From the NCBI RefSeq assembly GCF_900232105.1, contig NZ_LT934425.1, positions 3,930,001-3,962,000 of the forward strand: a DNA stretch of 32,000 bases, given 5' to 3'. The notes beneath the pieces are model-generated. The model saw nothing but the letters and a program-made list of their open reading frames with translations, was not told where the DNA came from and searched no databases. This document shows positions 1-9,153 of this stretch, piece by piece (position 1 is the stretch's first letter; the number at the start of each line of letters is the position of its first letter). Source of the stretch: Candidatus Kuenenia stuttgartensis. Lineage in GTDB: Bacteria; Planctomycetota; Brocadiia; Brocadiales; Brocadiaceae. The translations under genes and the position numbers were made by a program.

Positions 1-1148
1 TCTCTTATCATAATTTCAGGGAAACTCCTGAAAATCTTTCGGAAATATACAATACATTATTTCAGAGTGGTGCTGATATTGTAAAGATTGTTACTCATGC
101 GAATTCGATAACCGATAATATTAAAATATACCAGCTTCTTCAGCAGTCAAAAATACCCATAATTTCATTTTGTATGGGCGAATACGGAATAATCAGTCGT
201 ATATTATATAAAATATTTGGCAGTTATTTGACTTTTGCATCACTTCAGAAAGGAAAAGAATCCGCCCCCGGCCAAATCAATATCGAAGAACTTTTAAATA
301 GGTATAATATTAAAAACCAAAACAAGCATACCGCAGTGTATGGTTTAATTGGCAATCCTGTTTCTCACAGTATTAGTCCAGTGATTCATAATGCACTTTT
401 TAAAGAAATAGGCATGAATTGTGTTTATGTTCCTTTTAAAGTGGATGAAATTGGCAGATTTATTTCTGAATTTAAAAAATTAAATATTTCAGGGTACAGC
501 GTTACTATTCCTCATAAAGAATCGATAATAAATTATCTTGATGACGCGGATCCGATTGCCAAAAAAATTGGTGCGGTAAATACTGTGGTAAACAAAAATA
601 ACCGTTTGATAGGTTTTAATACTGATTTGGAAGCTGCCGTTACCGTGCTCGCAGAGGTTGCGAATGTATCTGGCCATACTGCAGCGGATGCTTGCTTTAA
701 AAACAAGCATGTTACTATTATTGGAGCAGGGGGTGTTGCACGTGCGATTGCCTTTGGGTTAAAAATGTATGGCGCCGATATTACACTCGTTAGTAGAAAT
801 CACAATCGTATGCAATCACTTGCCGGCGAAGTTGGTTGTTCCTTTACCAATAAGAATGGTTTGCAAAATTTGGAAACGGACATATTCGTTAATGCAACAC
901 CGGTGGGTATGTATCCCTCAATAAATGAGACGCCCGTTGATAGAAAACTTTTGAAGCCGAATATGATTGTTTTTGACACTATTTATAATCCTCCCGAAAC
1001 GAAATTAATAAAAGATGCAAAGGAAATAGGCTGTAAAACGGTGGGGGGGATGCCTATGTTTATTCGCCAGGCAGCAGCGCAGTTTAGATTGTGGACGGAT
1101 ACAGAACCACCTCTGAATATAATAGAAAATATTGCATACAATGCCTAG
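1..1148 (+). CDS. aroDE: Bifunctional type I 3-dehydroquinate dehydratase / shikimate 5-dehydrogenase, 5'-truncated by the window edge
   Basis: The frame of ORF 174..1148 is open from nt 3. Nt 3-173 translate to SYHNFRETPENLSEIYNTLFQSGADIVKIVTHANSITDNIKIYQLLQQSKIPIISFCMGEYGIISR, the C-terminal half of a type I DHQase (MG..G..SR). The downstream part has shikimate dehydrogenase motifs: GLIGNPVSHSISPVIHN, SVTIPHK, NTD, GAGGVARA. Confidence 0.85.
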   Translation, partial: SYHNFRETPENLSEIYNTLFQSGADIVKIVTHANSITDNIKIYQLLQQSKIPIISFCMGEYGIISRILYKIFGSYLTFASLQKGKESAPGQINIEELLNRYNIKNQNKHTAVYGLIGNPVSHSISPVIHNALFKEIGMNCVYVPFKVDEIGRFISEFKKLNISGYSVTIPHKESIINYLDDADPIAKKIGAVNTVVNKNNRLIGFNTDLEAAVTVLAEVANVSGHTAADACFKNKHVTIIGAGGVARAIAFGLKMYGADITLVSRNHNRMQSLAGEVGCSFTNKNGLQNLETDIFVNATPVGMYPSINETPVDRKLLKPNMIVFDTIYNPPETKLIKDAKEIGCKTVGGMPMFIRQAAAQFRLWTDTEPPLNIIENIAYNA

Positions 1149-1246
1149 CAAATACGTTTTGATGTCGGGTTTTCTCATACTGAAGTAAGGGATATGGACG
1201 TTCGTTTAATGTTCATTGATAATAAACGTATTAATGAGGATCAGGA

Positions 1247-1810
1247 TTGAACATTTTTTTAATTGGTTTTCGAGGCACCGGAAAAACTTCTGTAGGCAAA
1301 ATACTCGCTCAACGATTAAATAGGAAATATATTGATGCGGATGAGTATTTGGAGCAAAAAGAAGGAAAAACCATAAAAGACATATTTGAAGAATGCGACG
1401 AAGGGAAATTCCGGGAAATAGAATCGGACGTAATTGCTGAGTTGTGTTTGCAAAATAACACGGTTATTGCTACCGGCGGGGGAGTGGTTATTAAAGAGGA
1501 AAATGTAAAGAGGATGAAAAAGTGCGGTGTTGCCATTCTTCTGGAAGCGGATGCTGATACTCTGTATAAACGAATAAAAGGAGACATTACCTCAACTACT
1601 AAAAGGCCTGGCCTGACAAATTATGGGGAATATCAGGAAATCCGGTATCTTTTGGGAAAAAGAAAACCATTATATGATAAGACGGCTGATTTTGTTGTAA
1701 ACACCGGAAAGATGTCAATAGATGAAGCGGCAGGTAAAATAGCGTCTTTTATAGAAAATTATGTGATGGATTTTGATAAAGGGCAAGATCCTTCTCTGAC
1801 AATGCAATAA
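1247..1810 (+). CDS. aroK: Shikimate kinase
   Basis: N-terminal P-loop NIFLIGFRGTGKTSVGK, then D.D..IE....G.I..IF and ATGGGVV, collinear with AroK. TTG start. Follows aroDE in the same direction. Confidence 0.85.
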   Translation: MNIFLIGFRGTGKTSVGKILAQRLNRKYIDADEYLEQKEGKTIKDIFEECDEGKFREIESDVIAELCLQNNTVIATGGGVVIKEENVKRMKKCGVAILLEADADTLYKRIKGDITSTTKRPGLTNYGEYQEIRYLLGKRKPLYDKTADFVVNTGKMSIDEAAGKIASFIENYVMDFDKGQDPSLTMQ

Positions 1811-1899
1811 ATTGAAATTCATTGCAGGCACTGGTTCTCTAACACCTTTCCCGATGATTTGATATTAAAATGTACCGTATAAATTTTGTTTAATAGGAA

Positions 1900-2202
1900 T
1901 TATGACCTGGTGCTGTTTATTTCCTTAACTAATTTTCTGATTAATTTTTCATAAGATTTAACAACGTTTTCTTTCGCATTTGTATCAATGCGTTTTAATG
2001 GGTTCTTTTCGATCAGTGCCAGGAGGGAATCGGTAGCATTTGAAATAGTAACGGCGGAAGTTTTATCAAATAATGGAGATTTTAATAGTTTCGATTCCGG
2101 CGACGTATCACTTGATATCCCATTTTTTTTCGTTGAAGACTTTTTGCCTGATGTAGATTTCTTGGGCTGCCTGCCTGATGCAGATGTGTTTTTTTTGTTC
2201 AT
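1900..2202 (-). CDS. Small hypothetical protein with a Lys/Ser-rich basic N-terminus
   Basis: 100-aa ORF preceded on the minus strand by GAAAGAGGAAAATATG (plausible RBS). I recognise no family. Confidence 0.4.
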   Translation of the reverse strand: MNKKNTSASGRQPKKSTSGKKSSTKKNGISSDTSPESKLLKSPLFDKTSAVTISNATDSLLALIEKNPLKRIDTNAKENVVKSYEKLIRKLVKEINSTRS

Positions 2203-2367
2203 ATTTTCCTCTTTCCCGCCTCTGAAAATTTTTTATTTACTCATTTAACGCAAGGAATATCAATTTTTTTGTAGAGACGCATTGCATGCGTCTGGAAACT
2301 ACTGCACGTAATGAAAATGTTGACACAACAGAGAGGCACATGCAATGCGTCTTTACATCAACATCAA

Positions 2368-2407
2368 CAACAGTCATCATGCCGCTATAGCGGCATGATG
2401 ACTGTTG
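2368..2407. repeat. 40-bp perfect palindrome inside a palindrome-rich intergenic region
   Basis: caacagtcatcatgccgctatagcggcatgatgactgttg is identical to its own reverse complement. Nearby hairpins include agacgcat-tgc-atgcgtct (2275-2293) and gtacat-atac-atgtac (~2442-2457). Confidence 0.9.
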
Positions 2408-2782
2408 TACAAAAGCAGCTTTTTGTAAAAAGAAAAACTCTGTACATATACATGTACAATGTATATGTATATAGATACTAACTACCAAAATCAACATATT
2501 TTTCATTTGGTTTTACTGAGGCATTACATACAATAAAAATATGCGCATTTTGTTATTTGAAGTTTTTAGCCCTTTTTTTAACAGAAAATAAAAATATGAA
2601 AATTCATCTATCTTTAATAAAAGTAGGCATTTCAGGAATATATCACACTCAATAATTCGCATCGCACGTAATTGACCGTAATTTTCATTTGTGTCTGTCT
2701 TTTGTATTCCTTCTGAAATGATGAAACATTGGGTGGGGATGCAATCATCTGTTTAATTTTTTTTAAATAAATAAGTAAAAAT

Positions 2783-3136
2783 ATGAAGCGTTTATGGAAT
2801 GCCCTGATGTATTCTCTTTTTGGGTTAAAAGATACCTTCGTCATGGAACGTGCTTTTAGACAGGAGATAATTGCTACAAGTATATTGCTGCCTCTTGCGC
2901 TATACATAAAGGTTTCGCTCTGCTTAAAACTTCTGTTAATCGTTTGTAATATTACCGTGCTTATCGTCGAACTTTTGAACACTTCTTTGGAATTAATAGC
3001 CGATATTGTTTCTCCCGGATTTAATATTAAAGTAAAACATGCGAAAGACTGCGGGAGCGCCGCTGTTTTCCTGAGTCTGGTAAGTTGGTTTATTGTATGG
3101 ATGGTTGCTTTTTCCCAATGGTTATGTGCTCTATAG
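2783..3136 (+). CDS. dgkA: Diacylglycerol kinase (prokaryotic DgkA family)
   Basis: 117 aa, collinear with E. coli DgkA: ERAFRQE, IVELLNTSLELIAD and HAKDCGSAAV correspond to EAAFRQE, IVEILNSAIEAVVD and RAKDMGSAAV. Confidence 0.85.
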   Translation: MKRLWNALMYSLFGLKDTFVMERAFRQEIIATSILLPLALYIKVSLCLKLLLIVCNITVLIVELLNTSLELIADIVSPGFNIKVKHAKDCGSAAVFLSLVSWFIVWMVAFSQWLCAL

Positions 3137-3267
3137 CAGTAAACAGAAAGATATAAGCATGGAAACGTACATAAGAGGGAGAAATAACTATCAATACGTT
3201 TACGTTTTCGCCCACTTTATATACACACCGTTTATAGTAGTCCTTATTTAATTTAGTTGCTGTATCT

Positions 3268-5400
3268 ATGAAAAGACATTATTTCAACAAAGCATTTGTT
3301 ACGCCAATAATACTCATGTGGGTGTTTATGAGCGTGCCCAGGCTTTGGTATTTTTACCGGGGAGGGCTGCCGGCAGATACTACGATACTTACCGGCGGAG
3401 TCTATCCGTTTATTCTCGGCTTTATGCGAGACGGGGCTTTTGCCTGTTCTGTTCTTATCCCCGTACAGTTTTTATATCTGCTCAAAGTGGCAGATATAAT
3501 GCCGGACAAGATAATAAAAATTTTCGGGATTTCATTAAAAGTATTTTTCTCCGTACTCCTTGCAATCATGATGGTCAACGTAGAGTTCTTCAGATATTTT
3601 GGCTTTCATTTCAATAGTACCCATTTTAGTTTCCTCAATTACACAGGCCATATTTCAAGCTCATTTTTTGAATTTTCTAATCCTTTATGCATGGCTTTTG
3701 AACTTCTTATTTTCCCTGGAATATTTCTTTTTTTTAGTTTGGTTATTTCAATAAAAAAATTTGAAAAGGTGTTTTTATCCCGTTACTCATTCTCAATCTC
3801 ACTTTTTATTCTGCTTGCTGGAATAGTTGTTCAATATGTTCCGTTAAAAACGGCGCTCATTACCAATTTGACGGAAAACTATAACATCGCCTTTGTAAAA
3901 CACCTGGTTTTTGGAGATGAAATAAAGAGCAGACATTCCAAGGATATTGAGAAAATATTGGATACACTTCCGCTTAACGATGACCGGATAAAGAATCAGC
4001 CATGGGTATATCCAGACCCCGATTATCCTCTATTAAAGGCAACCTTGCACCATTTATGTAAACTTGGGAAATTGCCGGAGGCAGTATGCAATGAAGACAA
4101 AGACGGCGACGGTTATGTCTTGAAAGATGATTGCAACGATTATGACCCTAATATTCATCCCGGAGCATATGATATTCCTAGAAATGGAATTGATGAAGAT
4201 TGTTCCGGGTGTGACGCCGAACCGCCAAACATTATATTTGTTCATTGGGAAGGTGTGCGGGCAGTAAATGTAGATTGCATTGGTTATTCCGCGCCGTCCA
4301 CCCCGAGGTTTTGCGACATTTGCACAGAGAATGGAGTACTCTTCACGAATGCTTATTGCAATGGCGTTCAGACAAGGTGGTCTCTCATTTCGGTATATTG
4401 TTCCATACTTCCCCGTCTTTCAACTGAATGGATATTCCAATATAACATTGATTTGAATTTGTTGTCTTTTCCTGAAATCCTGAGAAGAAGGGGATATGAA
4501 ACGATTTATGTTCATGGAGGCAATATTGGGTTTTCAAACAAATTAAGCCGGTTTGCCGGATGGTTTGAAACCAGGTACGACCGTACAAATGCACCAATAA
4601 AAGATATGGAAATGTTTAACTGGGGGTTAAAAGACAGGGATTTATTTGAATTTGCGTACAGTGCTATGGAGAACCGTGAAGATCCAAGGCCTTTTTATAT
4701 GACAATTGCGACACTTTCCATGCATCATCCTTTTAAATTGCCTGAAAAGGAATTTGAAATGAACGATCATAACGATGTGAAGAATCAATTATCAAATATT
4801 GCAATATATTCTGACGATGCACTGGGCGATTTCCTGGAAAAGGTATTATCAAGTGAAAAACTGGAAAATACCATCATTATTGTGACGAGCGACCACGGCA
4901 TTAATTGGTTCTATCCCCACCCGGAAAGAGAACAAAACATATTATGGGAAGACCTCGTATGGATACCTATCGCTCTTATTGGGAAAAACTGGAATATTGA
5001 TACCGGACAAAAAATCAGTGAAGTCAGACAATTGGCAGACATAGGGCCAACAATCCTTGACCGATTAGGCATAGAAATCCCAAATCCATTTATTGGACAT
5101 TCTCTTCTGAGGCGTTTTAAGAATCGGGATGCGAGGGCATTTTTTGCGACGGCGAATGGTGGGGCATCAGCGGGAATCCGGTTTAAAAATCATAAATATT
5201 TTACTCACTTTGATTCAAAAAAAGAATATTTATATGATATTGAGAACGACAGGGAAGAAAAGTTTAATCTATGTGAGGATTCTCGTTACAAAGAACAGCT
5301 TGAATTGTACAACAGTATGGTATCAGATGTGTACTCGCAAAGTACGGAACTTATTAAAGATGACAGAATCTGGAATTGGGAGTATTGGATAGAATATTAA
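3268..5400 (+). CDS. Membrane-anchored sulfatase / LTA-synthase (phosphoglycerol transferase) family protein with an inserted Cys/Asp-rich motif
   Basis: About 210 aa of N-terminal hydrophobic helices, then an alkaline-phosphatase-superfamily domain (IIIVTSDHG, LSMHHPF). The insert at aa 264-316 is described in the findings. Confidence 0.7.
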   Translation: MKRHYFNKAFVTPIILMWVFMSVPRLWYFYRGGLPADTTILTGGVYPFILGFMRDGAFACSVLIPVQFLYLLKVADIMPDKIIKIFGISLKVFFSVLLAIMMVNVEFFRYFGFHFNSTHFSFLNYTGHISSSFFEFSNPLCMAFELLIFPGIFLFFSLVISIKKFEKVFLSRYSFSISLFILLAGIVVQYVPLKTALITNLTENYNIAFVKHLVFGDEIKSRHSKDIEKILDTLPLNDDRIKNQPWVYPDPDYPLLKATLHHLCKLGKLPEAVCNEDKDGDGYVLKDDCNDYDPNIHPGAYDIPRNGIDEDCSGCDAEPPNIIFVHWEGVRAVNVDCIGYSAPSTPRFCDICTENGVLFTNAYCNGVQTRWSLISVYCSILPRLSTEWIFQYNIDLNLLSFPEILRRRGYETIYVHGGNIGFSNKLSRFAGWFETRYDRTNAPIKDMEMFNWGLKDRDLFEFAYSAMENREDPRPFYMTIATLSMHHPFKLPEKEFEMNDHNDVKNQLSNIAIYSDDALGDFLEKVLSSEKLENTIIIVTSDHGINWFYPHPEREQNILWEDLVWIPIALIGKNWNIDTGQKISEVRQLADIGPTILDRLGIEIPNPFIGHSLLRRFKNRDARAFFATANGGASAGIRFKNHKYFTHFDSKKEYLYDIENDREEKFNLCEDSRYKEQLELYNSMVSDVYSQSTELIKDDRIWNWEYWIEY

Positions 5401-5532
5401 ATAAAAAACGATACGTATGATAAATATAGTAGTTCTGATAGGTGCGCTACCGCTTGCAAACCAGAATCCCGCCCCCAGGGTATTCTGCCGGAGCAAAAGT
5501 TATGCGCATAATTCTGGTATTAATCGTGGATC

Positions 5533-6081
5533 CTATAATACTCCTTTAGGCGGGAAAAGTTTTTCAATCAAAGTTCTTATAAAGGCAAGTTCTTCCTTTT
5601 GTTTTTCAAGTGTTGATTCCATTATCGTTTGCTTCTTTTGCATCAACCATAACATTCTTAGAACAAATCCAAGAATTACAATGCTTATGGTAATAAAGAG
5701 GCCAAACATCCACTGGAGTATGTCAAACCTTTTGTCTACAGATGCGAATTTGGCGTTCATCTCAGAACGTAGGTCATCAAATCTCTTGTCGACAGCATCA
5801 AATCTTTTGTCGACAGATTCAAATCTCTTATCGACAGCATCAAATCTCTTATCGACAGCATCAAATTTTGTGTCAACAGATTCAAATCTTGTGTTCATTT
5901 CAGAACGCAGGCCTTCTAATTGTTTTTCTAAATTTTTTTGTCCGTATTCCAGTTGAGTAAGTCTTTCAATGATTTTCCTATCGGTAATCCTTGGAGCAAC
6001 TTCAACCTCAGCAGCAATAACGTGCGCTGTCTTTAATAAAACTACTGATAAACATAAAAATATCGTCAATGTTCTATACAT
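5533..6081 (-). CDS. Secreted or membrane-anchored coiled-coil protein with a heptad tandem repeat ([SA]VDKRF[DE])
   Basis: N-terminal signal-like segment MYRTLTIFLCLSVVLLKTAHVIAAE. Repeat block SVDTKFDAVDKRFDAVDKRFESVDKRFDAVDKRFDD. One predicted TM helix (WMFGLFITISIVILGFVLRMLWL) after the repeats. Confidence 0.6.
   Translation of the reverse strand: MYRTLTIFLCLSVVLLKTAHVIAAEVEVAPRITDRKIIERLTQLEYGQKNLEKQLEGLRSEMNTRFESVDTKFDAVDKRFDAVDKRFESVDKRFDAVDKRFDDLRSEMNAKFASVDKRFDILQWMFGLFITISIVILGFVLRMLWLMQKKQTIMESTLEKQKEELAFIRTLIEKLFPPKGVL
5775..5900. repeat. 21-bp tandem repeat, about 6 copies with the last one degenerate, in frame within CDS 5533..6081
   Basis: Plus-strand units atcaaatctcttgtcgacagc / atcaaatcttttgtcgacaga / ttcaaatctcttatcgacagc / atcaaatctcttatcgacagc / atcaaattttgtgtcaacaga / ttcaaatcttgtgttcatttc. 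Confidence 0.9.
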
Positions 6082-6113
6082 GACCGGATTCTATCATACC
6101 ACAATGGATAAAG

Positions 6114-6986
6114 TCAAATGCCTGAACCATCGGAAAAGTTAATATTGCAATATTTTGGTACATTGTCAGATGATTCATTTAAGTGCCTCCAGCGACCTGC
6201 CCTTGGGTTTTCTCCAGGTCTTACGGGCGTCGTGCAGCACTCGCAACCAATGCTGGGATAATTCTTATTATGTAAAGGATGAATCGGTATGTCATTTTCA
6301 AGCAAGTAGGATTCTATTTGTTCATCCGACCAGTCAAAAAGCGGGTGGAGTGCATAACCCTCTATTCTCGGGTCCCGCAATAAAGGCTCTAATTTCGAGC
6401 GTTTTCCGCCTTCCGTTTGTCTCAGACCAACCATAGACAACATCAAACCATTGTTTTTCATGTAACTAAGATAGGGCGCCTCTTTTCTTAAACGACAACA
6501 TTCTTTCTGTCCGTCAATATATTGATACAACTTCTTGCCGTACAGCTTTTCTTGTTGCTCTATAGTAAGATCAGGGTACAATGTGACCATGTTTAATTTG
6601 TATCGTGTAATGAATTCATCCCTGAGTTGTAATGTTTCTGCAAAATGGTATCCCGTATCGATAAATAAGATGTAATTTTCCAGGCCCAGGGAATAAAAAT
6701 AGTGCATTAACACAGAAGCCGTCTTTTGCATACTGCTCAATAAAATTGCATCCATTCCGAAATTGTCAACTGCCCATTGTATTCTTTCCACGGCGGAAAA
6801 ATTTCTAAGTTTTTGATTAACTGAGATAATATCCAGTTGCATTGTTTGTTCCATTCGTTTTGCATAACTCCCGGTATAATTACGTAAAAGTTGTTTTATC
6901 GTAAAATTAAAATTCCACAAAGATGCCTGTGGCAATCCTGTTATTATGGTTGAAAAATGAAAATTCCATCTCAGTTTATTAATCAA
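6114..6986 (-). CDS. cysH: Phosphoadenosine/adenosine phosphosulfate reductase, Fe-S (CC...CxxC) type; the true start is probably internal (Met45, nt 6854)
   Basis: Motifs collinear with CysH: ILLSSMQKTASVLMH, FIDTGYHFAETL, ECCRLRKEAP, YPSIGCECCT. The first 44 aa of the ORF are not CysH-like. A TTGACT-17-TAAACT promoter-like site on the minus strand (6973-7001) lies inside that extension. Confidence 0.75.
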   Translation of the reverse strand: MINKLRWNFHFSTIITGLPQASLWNFNFTIKQLLRNYTGSYAKRMEQTMQLDIISVNQKLRNFSAVERIQWAVDNFGMDAILLSSMQKTASVLMHYFYSLGLENYILFIDTGYHFAETLQLRDEFITRYKLNMVTLYPDLTIEQQEKLYGKKLYQYIDGQKECCRLRKEAPYLSYMKNNGLMLSMVGLRQTEGGKRSKLEPLLRDPRIEGYALHPLFDWSDEQIESYLLENDIPIHPLHNKNYPSIGCECCTTPVRPGENPRAGRWRHLNESSDNVPKYCNINFSDGSGI

Positions 6987-7154
6987 TTAACAGTGAGTCA
7001 AGCAATAAGTAAGGTGTTTTGTAAAATCGTAAAGATTTTAACAAATTAAGGACTGCTTGCTCAAAAAGGTAAGATTGTAAATATGCAGCTATCGATATAC
7101 AAGGGCTTATTGCCTGAACAGCAAAGATGATATTATGCATACAATAAATTGTCG

Positions 7155-7183
7155 TTGACTTTACATTTATTAGCCTGTACAAT
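7155..7183 (+). promoter_or_regulatory. Near-consensus sigma70-type promoter upstream of the acpS operon
   Basis: TTGACT (7155-7160), a 17-nt spacer, then TACAAT (7178-7183), about 50-65 nt upstream of the acpS start candidates. Confidence 0.45.
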
Positions 7184-7234
7184 GCGAAAAATTATATTAG
7201 ATACTTATTTTATAAGGAGTTACGATAGTTTTGG

Positions 7235-7648
7235 TTGGTTAGGATTTATATGTTTATAGGCATTGACATAGTTGAAATAAATCGTATAAAGAAGCTATGT
7301 ATTTCCAACGAAAGATTTTTAAATAAAATTTATACGGTGAAAGAACTTGAGTATTGTTTACCGAAAAAGAACAGACATCAACATTTAGCGGCACGTTTTG
7401 CTACGAAAGAAGCTATGTTCAAAGCTTTAGGAACCGGATGGACTGGTAAAATAAAATGGACTGACGTCGAGTTGTTAAATGATGAAAAAGGGAAGCCATA
7501 TCTGAATTTTTATGGAAATGTAAAAGAATTAGTTGAAGAGAAGAATATTAATACTGCCGAGGTCTCATTATCACATTGTAATGAATACGCTATTGCACAG
7601 GTGTTATTAGTGCCAGGAGCAGTATCTGCAGCATCATCAAAACTGTAA
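7235..7648 (+). CDS. acpS: Holo-[acyl-carrier-protein] synthase (4'-phosphopantetheinyl transferase)
   Basis: MFIGIDIVEINRI..., RFATKEAMFKALGTG, LSHCNEYAIAQVLL are collinear with AcpS. The likely start is the ATG at 7250 (MFIGID). Confidence 0.85.
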   Translation: MVRIYMFIGIDIVEINRIKKLCISNERFLNKIYTVKELEYCLPKKNRHQHLAARFATKEAMFKALGTGWTGKIKWTDVELLNDEKGKPYLNFYGNVKELVEEKNINTAEVSLSHCNEYAIAQVLLVPGAVSAASSKL

Positions 7649-7671
7649 ACGCTTATAAAAAGGGTAATTGC

Positions 7672-9153
7672 ATGAAAAAGCTCGTACTTATCAACCCGCA
7701 TCCAATGGGTAACGTTGGTGAGGAGAATGTGTCCGTATTAAACCAAATGCCGGTAAATCTTGGTTATTTGAAAGTGCTAACGCCCGGCAACTGGCAAGTC
7801 GATATCATTGATGAAACGCAGGAATATGCCATTGATGAAAATACAGGCGACATTACCTTTGGAGGCGCCGACCTGGTTGGGATTACCTCAGTAAGTTATC
7901 AGGCAGACCGTGCGTATAAAATAGCAACAGCCTGCAGAAAAAGAGGAATACCTGTAATTATGGGTGGCATTCATGCCACAAGCAATCCTGATGAGGCTGC
8001 AAAATATGTTGACAGTGTGGTGATCAGAGAGGGAATCACCCTTTGGTCAACCATTATTGATGATTTCGAAAAGGGTCGTCTCCGGAAAAGGTATGACGGC
8101 GGCCTTACCCCCATGGAAATCTACTGCAATTTAAGCCCTGATAGAAAGTTTTTGAAGGATAAATATAAATACCGGTATTCGGGGATTATTACCACCGCAG
8201 GGTGTCCGTTTGCCTGTGAATTTTGCTCCGTCCCACAATTTCAGGGTCAAAAATACAGGGAACGGCCTGTAGACGATATATTGAATGAATTTGAATCGAT
8301 AAAGGGACAATACCGCGGTTTGATTCTAACGGATGAAAATTTTTACGGACATAGTAAGAAATCTAATGAACGGGTTCGCACTCTTTTTAAAGGTATGGTC
8401 GAGAGAGGTATCTATCAAAACTGGTTCGGCTTTACCTCCCTTAATATATATAAGGATGACGAAACGCTTGAGTATATGGCGAAGAGTGGATGCGTTGGCG
8501 TGCTGATTGGCATAGAATCCATTGAGGAAGAATCTCTCAAGTCCATGAACAAAAATGTGAATTTGAAAATATCCGTAGAAAATTATTATGAGGCAATCGC
8601 TAACATAAGAAAACATGGTCTTGCCGTGTGGGGAACTATGGTATTCGGAAATGACGCCGATACCTCTGGCACGTTTGAACGGGTAGCCGATTTTATCCTT
8701 GATTCGCATATCGATATTATGACTTGCGGCATACTCTGTCCGTTTATCAATACGCCGCTTTATCACCGCCTGAACAGAGAAAACAGGCTTTTTCGTACAC
8801 ATTTTCCTGAAGATTGGAAATATTACACGTCGCATCATTTGACGTATGTATTGAAAAAACTGACCCTCGATGAAATGATCGAGGGGTTCCAATACCTTTA
8901 CGACAGGATTTTTGCCACAGAGGTGTTGCGGAAGAGATTCCACCGCGCTAAGGATGAGTTGAATAATAATATGAATGCCGCTATGTTTGCATTTCGCGTG
9001 AATCTTGACTGGCAAAATGTGTATCAGCATTTGATTCAAAATCTAAAAGATTTACAGACCTCTGGCGATTATGAGGCAGCCTTAAAATGCTACGTTGATA
9101 CAGATAAGCAAGGCAAAGGGAAAAAATTAGCTTCAATTGAAGCAGCTCCTTAA
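7672..9153 (+). CDS. B12-binding-domain radical SAM protein
   Basis: N-terminal cobalamin-binding-like Rossmann segment (DLVGITSVSYQADRAYKIATACRKRGIPVIMGGIHAT), then a CxxxCxxC radical SAM cluster motif (CPFACEFC) and a long C-terminal extension. Confidence 0.8.
   Translation: MKKLVLINPHPMGNVGEENVSVLNQMPVNLGYLKVLTPGNWQVDIIDETQEYAIDENTGDITFGGADLVGITSVSYQADRAYKIATACRKRGIPVIMGGIHATSNPDEAAKYVDSVVIREGITLWSTIIDDFEKGRLRKRYDGGLTPMEIYCNLSPDRKFLKDKYKYRYSGIITTAGCPFACEFCSVPQFQGQKYRERPVDDILNEFESIKGQYRGLILTDENFYGHSKKSNERVRTLFKGMVERGIYQNWFGFTSLNIYKDDETLEYMAKSGCVGVLIGIESIEEESLKSMNKNVNLKISVENYYEAIANIRKHGLAVWGTMVFGNDADTSGTFERVADFILDSHIDIMTCGILCPFINTPLYHRLNRENRLFRTHFPEDWKYYTSHHLTYVLKKLTLDEMIEGFQYLYDRIFATEVLRKRFHRAKDELNNNMNAAMFAFRVNLDWQNVYQHLIQNLKDLQTSGDYEAALKCYVDTDKQGKGKKLASIEAAP

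Noticed and set aside
2237-2982. ORFs 2237..2506 (-) and 2632..2982 (-)
   Set aside because: The first is read through the palindrome-rich spacer (Cys/His-rich nonsense, no RBS). The second overlaps the dgkA start in antisense. Neither is supported.
5775-5900. Possible CRISPR array
   Set aside because: The 21-bp units are contiguous with no spacers and lie in frame inside a CDS. This is a coding tandem repeat, not a CRISPR array. No other repeat-spacer structure was seen in the window.
5417-5956. 179-aa plus-strand ORF with SNLLST repeats, plus 5742..5960
   Set aside because: It is a mirror-image reading of the 21-bp tandem repeat. The minus-strand frame has a signal peptide, a TM segment and a coherent heptad repeat, so the plus-strand ORFs are artefacts.
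8326-9039. 237-aa minus-strand ORF
   Set aside because: It is entirely antisense to the well-supported radical SAM CDS. It has no recognisable motifs and an Ile/Phe/Lys-rich composition typical of antisense AT-rich coding sequence.
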